Origin: Chiloscyllium plagiosum | Lineage: Eukaryota | Assembly: GCF_004010195.1 (NCBI RefSeq) | Contig: NC_057719.1 | Coordinates: forward strand, 13,051,727 to 13,115,726 | Reading direction: 5' to 3' | DNA length: 64,000 nucleotides | Shown here: positions 13,008 to 25,892 of the stretch, in pieces | How positions within the stretch are numbered: the stretch's first letter is position 1 | Layout of the letters: each line of letters starts with the position of its first letter | Notes under the pieces: generated by a model | The model's input: the letters and a program-made list of their open reading frames with translations, nothing else | What the model was told of the DNA's origin: nothing | The model's database searches: none | Program-made: the position numbers and the translations under genes

Positions 13008-13291
13008 ACACGGTAGCACAGTGGTTAGCACTGCTGCCTCACAGTGCCAGAGATCCGGGTTCAATTTCTGCCTCTGTGTGGAGTTTGCACATTCTTCCCG
13101 TGTCTGCGTGAGTTTCCTTTCACAGTCCAAAGATGTGCAGGCTAGATGAATGGGCCATGCTAAATTGCCCGTAGTGTTAGGTAAAGGGGTAAATGTAGGG
13201 AAATGGGTCCGGGTGGGTTGCTTTTCGGAGGGTCAGTGTGGACTTGTTGGGCCGAAGGGCTTTTTCCACACTGTAAGTAAGTAATCTAATA
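13008..13291 (+). mobile_element. HE1-type V-SINE, nested in a CR1 3' fragment (~12770-13310)
   Basis: A/B-box head, core CACAGTCCAAAGATGTGCAGG and tail CCACACTGTAAGTAAGTAATCTAAT. Confidence 0.92.
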
Positions 13292-14968
13292 AAAAAATTC
13301 TCTCCTGAACCAACGTTCCCGTCAGAATCACCTGGTTCTGGGGGTGCCCACTGGGGCTTCCTTTATGCAGTCCCAGCAATGGCCACTATGGAGTTGTGGC
13401 GCTGTCAGGAATGCTGTCCACTATGATTGTCCAGCAGCCCCAGAGGGTGGTACCTCTTGCCAGTGAGGGGACAGTTATCCACTCTGCCCTAATTTAAACC
13501 ACCCTCGTGCTTTAGCCTATTGGGGGTGGATCTGCTCTCCCTCGGGCAACTTTTATTGTATGTTTTTGTCCAATGATTTGACACTATGTCCACTTGATAT
13601 ACAGTGTTGACTGTGAACATAGAATATTAAAGCTCCCCCCAATAAAGGCTCAGCGGTTAATCACCAAACCCTACAGAAAGGCAGAGAATGCTGGAGAAAC
13701 TTGACAGCATCTGTGAAGAGAAACGGAATTGATAGTTTGAGTCCAGTACGACTGCTCTTCAGAAAACTAGAGAAGCTTCCTCTGCCACCTTGGGACTTTT
13801 GCCCCTCAGATTGGCTGTCAGCTCCAACAGACCTGGCAAAGCCATAACTGGGTCATGGATGCTGCCAGGACTTTAGGCCCGTCCTACACAGTCCTACACA
13901 CATACCAAGTAGATGGGCCCAATGGATCCGAGGATACAGGTAAGGTTAAGGATGGGGAGGGTCTTTCCAACATGGGGTGGGGGTAACAAAATGGAGGGAC
14001 AGGAGAAGTGATATCAAAGTCCAGGCAAGAAAGTCAGAAACAGGTACTATTTTCTGAGGCAGTTTCCTGTGCGCAGAGGGACTGCCTGAAGTTAGTACCC
14101 CTTTCCTTTCTACCCTCTTAAAAATAAATTTTATAAAATGGACTGTCTTCTTCTGCTGGCTTGCTTTTTACAGGCTCGATAAACTCCTGATTATTATTTA
14201 TTTATGGTGGGTAGGCTGATTTGGAATGCATCCACCCACTGCATTATCAGAGTCAGCTTAATGGGAACAAGGTCGTGAATTGTGCCAAAAACAATCCTGA
14301 CAGCGGCATGTTAAATCTAGCCCTAACATTCAAGATTCACATGAAATAAATACAAGTTAACAGGCAAATCACTGACTATGTTGTAAATGGATCATTGCAA
14401 TCAAGGCTAATTCCACCTAAATCTTAATGACACTATGACAATTGATCTCATGAAAACTCTATCTCCTTTTCAAGAAGTTGCTCATCTTCATTTCTAAGCA
14501 CCTTGCCTTGGAACACCTTCAAAGGCTTTCTGGTTAGGATTGCCTCAACAACTGTTCACCTCGTGGTAGTTCAATCTCTTCTCCTGAGTCTGAGTTGCCC
14601 AGAACTCCCAAACATTTAATTTCCTGCACAGCTTTAGCTTTTATTAAACAGCTTCACTGAGCTCTCTCCAAATTTCTCCAGGCTGCCATCTTTCTCAGCT
14701 GCGTCTAGTGAAAACTACACAGCACAGCTCAGGAACAGGCCCTTTGACCCTCCAAGCCTGCAGCACCACATTTTGCCCTTCCATACTAAAACTGTCTTCA
14801 CTTACAGGGTCCGTATCTCTCTGTTCCCTTCCTATTCATGTATTCGTCCAGGTACTTCTTAAATGCTTCCACCACCTCCTCTGGCAGCACGTTCCAGGCA
14901 CACACCACCCTTTGTGTGAAAAACATGCTTTGCACATCTCTTTAAAATGTTCCCCCCACCCTGCACCT

Positions 14969-15468
14969 TGTTGGACTTTGGGTCAATCTCCCAGCTTACT
15001 TTCCTCTATGTGTGAGCCGAGTCCTGCGTGTTCTTTCAATGAAGCAATAGGAGAAGATATTCGGTCTCACACTCTTGGTTTATTTTAGCAGTAAGTGGAT
15101 AAAGTATACAGAGCTCTGGGTCTAGGACTTCTCGTCCCTGACAAATAGCAAAGTGTGTCAATTCACGAAGTCCGACGTATTCCTGTCCCTGACCCAGTCT
15201 TTTATACAGTACAGAATGTCATGCAATCACTGAGGTGGGATTGTCTTCTGATTGGCTGTTGATCTGACTCCATTCTCCGCCTTTTCGCATTCCCGGATGT
15301 CTGACCCTATGTGACCTCCTCTTGCGCGCGAAACAATCTCCACCGTTTGCTCGCACACTCAAGGGCCACACTACACACCGTGCTAGTCAATGGCCAAGTA
15401 CAGAAACAACTGAAACAAATATATCATTAAAGGCTTCTGAATGCCTCGAACTAAGCCATATATTTACA
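14969..15468 (-). mobile_element. Solo LTR (500 bp) inserted in a CR1 3' UTR
   Basis: TG...CA termini with exact ACCT duplication (14965-14968, 15469-15472). The host CR1 (from ~14710) resumes in register. Minus-strand CCAAT (~15250), TATAAAA (~15205) and AATAAA (~15080) are in order. Confidence 0.85.
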
Positions 15469-15529
15469 ACCTTGAACCTGTGTCCTCTAGTAATTGACCC
15501 CTCCACCCTGGGAAAAAACCACATTCATT

Positions 15530-17130
15530 GAGTCATAGGGTCACAGAGATGTACAGCATGGAAACTGTTTGGTCCAACCCGTCCATGTCAACCAGATATC
15601 CCAACCCAATCTAGTCCCATCGGACAGCACCTGGCCCATTTCCCTCCAAACCCTTCCTATTCATATACCCATCCAAATGCCTCTTAAATGTTGCAATTGT
15701 ACCAGTCTCCACCACGTCCTCTGGCAGCTCATTCCATACACGTTCCACCCTGTGCGTGAAAAAGTTGCCCCTTAGGTCTCTTTTATATCTTTCTCCTCTC
15801 ACCCTAAACCTATGCCCTCTAGTTCTGGACTCCCCAACTCCAGAGAAAAGACTTTGCCTATTTATCCTATCCATGCCCCTCATAATTTTGTAAACCTCTA
15901 TAAGGTNNNNNNNNNNNNNNNNNNNNNNNNNNNNNNNNNNNNNNNNNNNNNNNNNNNNNNNNNNNNNNNNNNNNNNNNNNNNNNNNNNNNNNNNNNNNNN
16001 NNNNNNNNNNNNNNNNNNNNNNNNNNNNNNNNNNNNNNNNNNNNNNNNNNNNNNNNNNNNNNNNNNNNNNNNNNNNNNNNNNNNNNNNNNNNNNNNNNNN
16101 NNNNNNNNNNNNNNNNNNNNNNNNNNNNNNNNNNNNNNNNNNTGACAAAAAGTAGAGGACCCAGCATCGATCCTTGTGGAGCTCCACTGGTCACAGGCCT
16201 CCAGTCTGAAAAACAACCCTCCACCACCTTCCTCTGTCTTCTACCTTTGAGCCAGTTCTGTATCCAAATGACTAGTTCTCCCTGTATTCCATGAGATCTA
16301 ACCTTGCTAATCAGTCTCCCATGGGGAACCTTGTCGAACGCCTTACTGAAATCCATATAGGTCACATCTACTGCTCTGCCCTCATCAATCCTCTTTGTTA
16401 CTTCTTCAAAAAGCTTAATCAAGTTTGTGAGACATGATTTCCCATGCATAAAGCCATGTTGACGATCCTTAATCAGTCCTTGCCTTTCCAAATACATGTA
16501 CATCCTGTCCCTCAGGATTCCCTCCAATAACTTGCCCACCACCGACGTCAGGCTCACTGGTCTATAGTCCCCTGGCCTGTCCTTACCACCCTTCTTAAAC
16601 AGTGGTACCACGTTAACCAACCTCCAGTCTTCCGGCACCTCACCTGTGACTATCGATGATACAAATATCTCAGTAAGAGGCCAGCAATCACTTCTCTAGC
16701 TTCCCACAGAGTTCTAGGGTACACCTGATCAGGTCCTGGGTATTTATCCACCTTTATGCTTTTCAAGACATCCAGCACTTCCCACTGTAATATGGACATT
16801 TTTCAAGGTGTCACCATCTAATTCCCTACATTCCATATCTTCCAAATCTTTTTCCACATTAAATACTGATGCAAAATACTCATTTAGTATCTCCCCCATT
16901 TTCTGCAGCTCCACACAAAGGCTGCCTTGTTGATCTTTGAGGAGCCCTATTCTCTCCCTAATTATCCTTTTGTCCATATTTGTAAAAACCCTTTGGATTC
17001 TCCTTAACTCTATTTGCCAAAGCTATCTCATGTCCCCTTTTTGCCCTCCTGATTTCCCTCTTAAGTATACTCCTACTGCCTTCATACTCTTCTAAGGCTT
17101 CACTCAATCTATCCTGTCTATACCCTACAT
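15530..17130 (-). mobile_element. CR1/HER1 LINE, RT and 3' end, spanning a gap
   Basis: YRPVSLTSVVGKLLE...QHGF...YMDFSKAFDKVPH...SGAPQGSMLGPLLF (ORF 15898..16638). Confidence 0.95.
15907..16142. other. Assembly gap (N run)
   Basis: Run of N. Confidence 1.
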
Positions 17131-17134
17131 ATGC

Positions 17135-17400
17135 ACTTCATTCATACCACTCACAATCTTGTAAACCTCTATCAGGTTGCCGCTCAACTCCTGCGTTCCA
17201 TTGAAAACAAACCCAGTCTAACCAAATTTTCTTCAGAGCTAAAATCCCCAATACCAGGCAATATCCTGGTAAGCCTTCTATACTCTCTCTAAAGCATCCA
17301 CATCCTTCTGATAGCGTGGTGACCAGAATTGTCCACAATATTCCAAGTGTGGCCTAACTAAAGTTCTATAAAGCTGCAGCATAACTTGTCTGTTCTAACA
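17135..17400 (-). mobile_element. CR1 fragment, different subfamily
   Basis: Minus strand corresponds to the VRPHLEY..QFWSP to DLIEVYKI region. Confidence 0.8.
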
Positions 17401-17754
17401 CTCTTGTGGGGTTCTTCTTCCCATTGTCCGAATCACTGAACTACCAATGGCTCCCAGAAGTTTTAATGAAGAATGTGGAATGAAACCCACCCTGCTGTCT
17501 GACCCAGTAGTGAACCTTCACAGCTACTGCCTCTGCTGTTTGATTTCAAGTACCTATGTACATTGGAGGTTGTCTAAGAAAAATAAACAATAAAATTCTC
17601 AGCTGACCTTGGAGAAACCTGTGTGGGGAGCCCAAAGCAGCGGAGCAGATAAGTGGCGAGTTTTTTTTTTGTAAATCTATACTAGTGAGTAGAGTGGGTT
17701 CTTTTTGATCATATATTTTTAATCAGATCTGGCTCTTGATTAAACTTGCCTCAG

Positions 17755-17981
17755 CTTTTTCATGCAGAGGGTGTATGGAATGACCTGCCAGAGAAAATGG
17801 TGGAGGATGGTATAATGACAACATTTAAAAGACATCTGGATGGGTATGTGAATAGGAAGGGTTTAGAGGGATATGGGCCAAATGCTGGCAAATGGGACTA
17901 GATTAATGTAGGATATCTGGTCAGCATGGATGAGTTGGACCAAAAGGTCGGTTTCCGTGCTGTATATCTCTATGACTCTAA
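17755..17981 (+). mobile_element. CR1/HER1 3' end
   Basis: Ends TCTCTATGACTCTA and matches 3470-3700. Confidence 0.88.
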
Positions 17982-18439
17982 GCTGTTTCCACAGCTTGGA
18001 GACATTACTCTTTAGAACTTCTCTTGAACCCAAACTGCTTGGAGTGAACTAACAACCAGCACCTGAGATGTTTGGAGCCACGTCAATTTTGTTCCAATCA
18101 GCGCTATCTCAGTAAATAGAGAAGTTAAAACCAGAAAACCTTCTTAACAGCACCAACCTCCCTTGCCATGATGACTGAGCTTTTAGCATAAATATCCCTC
18201 AAATGTAATTCCTTCTTTAATCCACTGAAGTAATTTTGTTCTCCAGCCCTTTAGAGTTTGCTGAATTCATTTACTAATAATATCCGAAAGAAACAATTTT
18301 TTTAGACTACTGTTACTGAAAGCAGTGCTGAGCCCACAACTTCAGCTCAGCCGGGCTACATGCTGTTTCTGATCCCACCTCCTTAGCTGTTAACCTTTTA
18401 AAACCACATGACGCCAACTTTTTATGTGTAATATACCTC

Positions 18440-19060
18440 CATCTTTTGAATGAGATGTTAAATCAATGCCCAGTCTGCCTGTTTGGATGCATATAAAAGA
18501 TCCCAACACATATTCCACAGACAAACACAGGACTTCCTGCCATGTCTGGAGCAATATTTATCCTGCAATTAATAATTAATAAGTTAAACATATTATCAGG
18601 TCATTATAGAATTGCTCTTTCTGGGAGCTTTACACTATGCAAGTTAGCTGCTGCTTTTCCACATCACAGTAGTGACTATACTTGGTGGCTCAGTGGTTAG
18701 CCCTGCTGCCTAACCACTGCCCTAGGGTCCTGGGTTCAATTCCAGTCTCAGGTGACTCTCTGTGTGGAGTTTGCATGTTTCCCTGTGTCTGTGTGAGTTT
18801 CCTCTAGGTGCTCCAGTTTCCTCCCACAGTCCAAAGATGTGCTGGTCAGGTGAATTGGCCATGCTAAATTGCCCATTGTGTTAGGTGCATTAGTCAGAGG
18901 GAAAATGGGTCTGGGTGGGTTACCATTCAGAGGGTTAGTGTGGACTGGTTGGGCTGAAGGGCCTGTTTCTGCACTGTAGGGAAATTAATGTAATCATTAA
19001 TTGCAAAGTGCTTGTGGATGCCATGATGTTATGAAAGATGCTATATAAATGTAGTTCAAT
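18440..19060 (+). mobile_element. DeuSINE (SacSINE1-like) interrupted by an HE1 SINE
   Basis: GAATGAGATGTTAAA...AAAAGATCCC...CAATATTTATCC...AGTGACTATACTT, then the insert, then AAAGTGCTT...TGAAAGATGCTATATAAATG. Confidence 0.7.
18684..18994 (+). mobile_element. HE1-type V-SINE
   Basis: GGTGGCTCAGTGGTTAG...GGTTCAATTCC...GGGCCTGTTTCTGCACTGTAGGG. Confidence 0.92.
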
Positions 19061-20014
19061 CCCTTCAAGCAATTGGTGGGAGTATGCTCACCAATAAATT
19101 CAGGTTAGTCATAAGACTACAACTCTCTATTTTCACCATTAATCAGCAACTGGGATCTTGCCAAAAGCTTCCTGTTAATTCAAGTGTAAAATATAAGCTA
19201 CATTTGTTCCACTCTGCTGAATAACTTCAAAATGCTTAGTAATTTTATTTTCATTACATTTGAAGAAAATGAGGAAAAAGTTCATCAGCGCTCAAATGTC
19301 CTGAAGGCATTTGCAAAATATTTATCGAATGGCTACAGCATGTTTGAGAGGAATTTTTTAAAAAAAGCTCCAAGATAAATTTTTCACACTCTCATTCCCT
19401 CTATTTTTTCCTTTCATCTTTCTCTCTCTGATGTTCCCATTATTATACTTTTCTCTCTATCAGAACACTTTCTTTGATGACTTTAGCCATTGTGCCTAGA
19501 GCAGAAATGTAAAGTTAATTTTAAGTGAGTCAAATGTGATTGTGAACCAGGAAATGGAGATGCGGAGATCTCTCTAAGGATTTTCAGAGGTAAAATAAGT
19601 ATGCTCATACTGGTGATAGCAAGGCTATTTTGTGCACAGAACAGAAGAAATAGTTTAAACAAAAAGGCTTGTATAAAGCAGTGACACTCCTTAAAATTTG
19701 ATTGGATTTAGATTAAGTTATAATAGACAGGTGGAACTGTAGCTGACTGCACTTGAAGAGAGACAGATGATTGAAGAGTGACACCTTGGGTCATGCCATT
19801 TATTCGCACTGCTTCGAGCTCAATCACATCCTGCCACAGTCCCATTTTCCATTATCACGATTGCTACAGGATGATACTTTAATATTTAAACAAATGTTCT
19901 CCAGGGCATTCGCATTCACACAATGCAGAGACACCTTTTCAGCGTGAAGGGTGAAGAATAATGGAGCCAAATATCAGTCGGCAGCATTAAAGATAGATTG
20001 TCACAGAGGCTTGC

Positions 20015-21460
20015 CTGGGTCAGAGTTAGGGTAGTAAGGTCAGAGAGGGGTCAGCAAGGTCAGACAGTGAGGTGCCGAGGTCAAAGACGATTCAGTATGG
20101 TCAGAGGCAGTTTGGTTGGTGGTGATGGAGACAGTTCAGTAGGATCAGAGAGAGAGAGAGATTGTTGAGGTCAGGAGGCATGGCTCAAGAGGGTCAGAGG
20201 TGGATTGTGAGTTTAGAGAAGATTCAGTAAATTCGGTAGGGAGAGAGATTGCTGAGGTCAAAGTTGGTCCAGTAAGGTCAGACACATGTTGCTGAGGTCA
20301 AGGGCATGTCAATAAAGTCAGAGATAGGTTTTTGAGGTCAAAGACTGTTCAGTAGGGTCAGGGATAGGTTTTTGAGGTTAGAGATTGTTTAGTAAGATCA
20401 GGGATAGAATTTTGAGGTTGGAGAAGGTTTAGTAGGGTCAGGGATAGGTTTTTGAGATCAGAGATAGTTCAGTAGAGTCAGGGATAGGTTTTTGAGATCA
20501 AAGGTAGTTCAGTAGAGTCAGGGATAGGTTTTTGAGATCAGAGATAGTTCGATAGGGTCAGGGATAATTTTTTTGAGATCAGAGATAGATCAGTAGGGTC
20601 AGGGATAGATTTTTTGAGATCAGAGATAATTCAGTAGGGTCAGGGATAGATGTTTGAGGTCTGAGACAGTTCAGTAGAGTCAGGGATAGGTGTTTAGAGA
20701 TCAGAGATAGTTCAGTAGGGTTAGGGATAGATTTTTGAGATCAGAGATAATTCAGTAGAGTCAGGGTTAGGTTTTTTGAGATCAGAGATAGATCAGTAGG
20801 GTCAGGGATAGGTATTTTGAGATCAGAGATAGTTCAGTAAGGTCAGGGATAGATCTTTAAGATCAGAGATACATCAGTAAAGTCAGGGATAGGTGTTTTG
20901 AGATCAGAGATAGTTCAGTGGAGTCAGGGATAGATTTTTGAGATCAGAGATAGTTCAGTAGAGTCAGGGTAAGGTTTGACAAAGGGTCAGTTAGACTCGA
21001 AACGTCATCTCTTTTCTCTCCTTACAGATGCTGCCAGACCTGCTGAGATTTTCCAGCATTTTCTCTTTTGTTTTCAGGGTAATGTTCTTTGAGATCAGAG
21101 ACAGTTCAGTAGAGTCAGGGATAGGTGTTTTGAGATTAGAGATAGTTCAGTAGAGTCAGGGATAGATGTTTGAGGTCAGAGATGGTTCAATAGGATCATT
21201 GACAGTTTTCTGAGATCAGGAATGGTTCAGTAGAGTCAGGAACAGGATGGTAAGGTCAGGGAGAAGTCATGAAGGTCAAAGATAGGTTGGTGAGGTCAAG
21301 GAGAGGTCATCAGGATTAGAGACAAGTTGGGATAGTCAGCGAGAGCATTAGTGATTCAGAGATAGAATGAGAATACCAGACAGGGGTTAACTAAGTCTGA
21401 GACAACTTGGTTAGGTCAGAGACGGTGGCATCAGGATCAGAAATGGGTCAGAAACGTCAA
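20015..21460. repeat. Minisatellite, ~40-bp dimer of ~20-bp subunits
   Basis: Core ~20370-21180 with unit GAGATCAGAGATAGTTCAGTAGAGTCAGGGATAGGTTTTT. Flanks decay to ~20-bp (A/G)GGTCAG units. Confidence 0.92.
20975..21075 (+). mobile_element. Short Penelope-derived element inserted in the minisatellite
   Basis: TTGACAAAGGGTCAGTTAGACTCGAAACGTCA...ACAGATGCTGCCAGACCTGCTGAG, flanked by the direct repeat TCAGGGTAA(G/T)GTT. Confidence 0.75.
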
Positions 21461-21824
21461 AGCAAAGGAATCCAGCTCAGACACTGGGTAGAAATGTTGA
21501 ACTTCCTGAAGGTTTTGCAATGAGTTCATGGGCCTGCACCAGGTGGATAAGATGGCAGTACGTTATTTAGTGTGGGGACATGGGATGTGTTGGTGGTGAG
21601 GATTGGAGGACAGTGGCAGCACTTTGAGACACCTTAGTGTTGTATAAGGTAGCAGTACTGAAAGAGTTTAGAAGAGGTGGCATTAGCTGTACCTAATCTA
21701 ATGAAGTCACACACTCTTTTAGAGAGTAGATAGGAAGTTTCACACTAGCTTTCAGACAGAGCGAATATATTTTATTCAGCCTCTGGGTATCTGAGCAATT
21801 ATGCCTGACGAATAATGTAATCGT

Positions 21825-22435
21825 TTTTTAAAATTCATTTGTTGGGACGTGAGTGTTGTTGGCTGGGCCCAGCATTTATTGCTCGTCCCGAGTTGCCCTT
21901 GAGAAGGTGTGGGGTGAGCTGCCTTCTTGAACCACTGCAGTCCACCTGCTGTGGGTTGACCCACAATGTCATTAAGGAGGGAATTCCAGGATTTTGACCC
22001 AATGACAGTGAAAGAATGGGGATATATTTCTAAGTCAGGATTGTGAGTGGCTTCGAGGGGAGCTTGAAGATGGTGGAGTTCCCATACATTTGATGCCTTT
22101 GTCCTTCCAGATGGAAGTGGTCGTGAGTTTGGAAAGTGCTGTCTGAGGATTTTTGGTGAATAGCTGCAGTGCATCTTGTAGATAGTACACACTGCTGCTA
22201 CTGAGTGTCGGTGGTGGAAGGAGTGGATGCTTGTGGGTGTGGTGCCAATCAAGTGGGCGATTTTGTCCTGGATGGTGTCAATGTTCTTGAGTATTGTTGG
22301 AGCTGCACTCATCCAGGCAAGTGGGGAGTATTCTATTACACTCCTGACTTGAGTGTTGCAGATGGTGAACATGCTTTGGGGAGTCAGGATGCGAATTACT
22401 TGCTGCAGTATTCCTAGTCTCTGCCTGCTCTTCAT
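21825..22435 (-). mobile_element. Second non-LTR LINE family, RT C-terminus and 3' end
   Basis: QVRSVIEYSPLAWMSAAPT...DTIQDK, tail GCAATAAATGCTGGGCCCAGCC...ATGAATTTTAAAAAA. Clade not assigned (CR1/L2/Jockey group). Confidence 0.85.
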
Positions 22436-23104
22436 TTCTGCTCGCCTGGATTAATTGATCATGATAACTAAGAATCATACCTTATTCTGTAAAGACTTTA
22501 TGGCAATGTAGTCTCTAGCACTGATCATTAGACAGGTCAGAGACAAAGCATAGACAAACTATATGCTGGTAGAGGTGGTAGATAGAGCCAGTATTGGAAA
22601 TCAAGGTGATACACCATGGTGATCAGTGGTAGGTATTCAAAGTCCATGCAGAGGTCTCACCACAAATAGATGAAGATTCATAGGAGAGCGTTTTGAAAAT
22701 AAGTGTGTTTACCACTTTAGGAGCATTATTAATTTTGGAAGATACACATGGTCAGTCAGCAACTGAAACATAACTAATCACAGAGATAGACAGCAGTAAC
22801 CATGGAAGCAACAGGGCATGCTCAGCATTGCAAAGACAAACTCTCATCAAGCAGCTGGTAAGAAGTATGGGGAAAGACTGTGGTCTTACAAAGGAAAGAA
22901 AAGCTATCTACACTGAGAAAAAGATAGAGACCTTTATGAAGGAGGCACTAGAGTGAGAAAGAAAAGTCTCCAGAAGGAAAGGTAACCATTTCAAAGGGAA
23001 ACAAAGACAACTTTACAAATATGATATAATGAGTTTTGAGAAGATTTGTAGTTCAGGTTGAGGTTCTGGATGTAGGTTTGCTTGCTGAGCTGGAAGGTTC
23101 ATGT

Positions 23105-23142
23105 CAGACGTTTCGTCACCCTACTAGATAACATCTTCAGTG
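23105..23142 (-). ncRNA. Minimal type I hammerhead ribozyme motif
   Basis: Minus strand: CA CUGAAGA U GUUAUC UAGUAG GGUGAC GAAA CG UC UG. Conserved core, stem II, GUC cleavage triplet and a very short stem III. Confidence 0.65.
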
Positions 23143-23248
23143 AGCCTCTGGACGAAGCACTGCTGATGATTCCTGCTTTCTATTTATGTGTTTGCATAAA
23201 CATATAAATAGAAAGCAGGAATCATCAGCAATGTTTCGTCCAGATGCT

Positions 23249-23286
23249 CACTGAAGATGTTACCTAGTATGGTGACGAAACATCTG
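23249..23286 (+). ncRNA. Minimal hammerhead ribozyme motif
   Basis: CA CUGAAGA U GUUACC UAGUAU GGUGAC GAAA CA UC UG, with CG changed to CA in stem III. Confidence 0.55.
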
Positions 23287-24612
23287 AACATGAACCTTCC
23301 AGCTCAGCAAGCAAACCTGCATCCATGACGTAACAACCCAAAGCAGAAAGCAAGGGAATGATAAAAGAGGCTCACAACAAGCATTGTGTCATGGAGATCA
23401 GGCTCCATGAAGGTGGAGCTGCAAGAGATTATGAAAGGCTAGAAAAGAAATTGAGACTGGGGCAGCAGATTTGGGAAGGCTTTGCAATTTATTTAAGCTA
23501 GAAAAAAAATACATTTAAAGTCATCTAGTGAAGGAGTCTAGCAGAAGAAGAAAAGTCAGGAGAAACTTAAGATTTCAAAGGACCGCAAGTGACGAATGAG
23601 ATTTTGCTTCCAACAGGGGGATTAACTTTTCATGTTGTGGTAATGCTTCTGCTATCCCTTGTAATATGACAACTACTTGTGGCTGGTATGGTATTGAAGA
23701 ATTCAATAGAGTACTTAGCACAGCACACTTTATATCCAAGCAATATATTCAGAGTCACATTTGTGCCTGGGCAGGTATTAGGCTATTCCAGTATGAAGAA
23801 CAGTACAGCATGCCATGCTTCATGTGGTCCAAGTTAAGATGGAGTCTGAAACCTTTATACCTCCAGGTGACAAGCAATGATAAAGCAAAGATATAATTAG
23901 CACATCTCTTAATGGTATACTGATATTCTAACTGTAAAACATAATGCAACAGTGACTGAATAATTAAACCACACTTTTGGCAGGAAGAACCTGAATGTCT
24001 GCAGCCAGAGTACTTTATTTAAAAAAAATTGTCTGGATGAAAGTGCTTAGTATTATAGACTGTGAAAAGTAGTTAAACATCCATTCTGCCTTGGGAAGAA
24101 ATGGAGGCCTTCCAAATTAACTGCAGAAGGTGGGAAAACTTGGAAGATGTGGGGAAATCCAGTAAAGAGTGCAGAGGTACAGTATTACAAAGGAACAGAT
24201 TTATAAATCATTACAGAATATCATTGTGGCTTTGCCTTCACCAACTGGACTGCAGTGATTCAAGAAGGCAGCTCATCGCCACCTTTTGAAAGGTAACCAG
24301 GGATGGACAATAAATGCTGACCCAGAAATCAGTGGCCACATCCTAAAAATGAACTTAAAAAATGCTATTAGAATTTAACGCTTTATTAAAAGACCAGCAA
24401 ATAAAGAAAATACTGAACAGAACATAACAAGCTCCATGTCAATTGAAATTAAAATAACATTTGTGAATGCAAATGTATACAAGAACAGATTGCAAGCAAT
24501 ATTTGAGTGGTACAGTCATGTTACAATAATAAGAATAAATATGCAGATTTTGAAAAGCTGGAAGGAGAAATCAAACATCCTGACAAATTCACTATCTCAT
24601 ATAGAGTATAGA

Positions 24613-24918
24613 TTTTTAGATTACATTACAGTGTGGAAACAGGCCCTTTGGCCCAACAAGTCCACACCGCCCCGCCGAAGTGCAACCCATTCCCCTACAT
24701 TTACCCCTTACCTAACACTACGGGCAATTTAGCATGGCCAGTTCACCTCACCTGCACATCTTTGGACTGTGGGAGGAAACCGGAGCACCCGGAGGAAACC
24801 CACGCAGACACGGGGAGAATGTGCAAACTCCACACAGTCAGTCGCCTGAGACGGGAATTGAACCCGGGTCTCTGGAACTGTGAGGCAGCAGTGCTAACCA
24901 CTGTGCCACCATGCCGCC
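24613..24918 (-). mobile_element. HE1-type V-SINE, full length
   Basis: Reverse complement of the copy at 26138-26450. Confidence 0.95.
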
Positions 24919-25437
24919 CATATACACACAGAAGATTGGATGTCATGGACGAAGTAATACTTAAGCGACACAATTGCCTCAAATGCAAACAAAAGTGTAG
25001 ATGTTGTACATAATATTAGAACAATAAAAAGCTGAATGTTCACTCATACAAAGTGCTCAATGTAATTGGAGCTCCTCATTGGAAAAGATATCTGAGGGAT
25101 TCATAGACACAGTTGATGATCCTAATGATTGAGGATTCACAGAAACTGCTCATGTTGATGGACATCCTGTTACCATTGATATGGAGCTGAGCATAACTCT
25201 CCTTTCAGACCAGTTACCATGGTTAAAGAATCAAATGTTACAGCTTAGAAGGGTAAGACAATGTGGTTTAACCGGAATAACTGTCAAGAGCAAAGGAATA
25301 TGACAAGTCACACTGGAACACAGGGAGTATAAGACAGTTGAAAAGGTTTTATACAATTTACAGTCAACTGTCCTCACTTTTAAGCCAGCATTAATATTTG
25401 GGCAGCAGTATTCTCAAGAAATCTGAAGAAATTCTGG

Positions 25438-25892
25438 TCAAAGGACTAGCCATACTACCATATATCAAAAACATTTCTGAACTGACAGCCAGACTACTGC
25501 GACCACTAGGACTCATAACAGCACACAAACCAACAGCCACTCTCAGACAACAACTCACCAGAACGAAGGACCCGATACCCAGCATGAGCAAAACCAACGT
25601 AGTGTACAAAATCCCATGCAAGGACTGCATAAAACACTACATAGGACAAACAGGAAGACAGCTAACGATCCGTATCCATGAACACCAACTAGCCACGAAA
25701 CGACATGACCAGCTATCCTTCGTAGCCACACACTCAGATGACAAGCAACATGAGTTCGACTGGGACAACATTACTATTATTGGACAAGCCAAACAGAGAA
25801 CAGCCAGGGAATTCCTAGAGGCATAGCACTCATCCACTGATTCAATCAATAAGCACATCGACCTGGACCCAATATACCGGCCACTGCAGCGG
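25438..25892 (+). mobile_element. Penelope-like element, GIY-YIG endonuclease fragment
   Basis: LPYIKNISE...NVVYKIPCKDC..HYIGQTGRQL..RIHEH...AREFLEA*, with a premature TAG where the copy at 60570 has TGG. Confidence 0.93.

Larger units (their letters stand above)
23031..23325. mobile_element. Fold-back element made of two inverted Penelope terminal repeats
   Basis: 23067-23193 is the near-exact reverse complement of 23198-23325. The arm sequence matches the terminus of the Penelope copy at 60690-60815. Confidence 0.9.

Noticed and set aside
25398..25826. Domesticated GIY-YIG nuclease gene
   Set aside because: 5'-truncated Penelope fragment with a premature stop at a Trp conserved in the related copy at 60570. 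The ORF start lies in flanking DNA.
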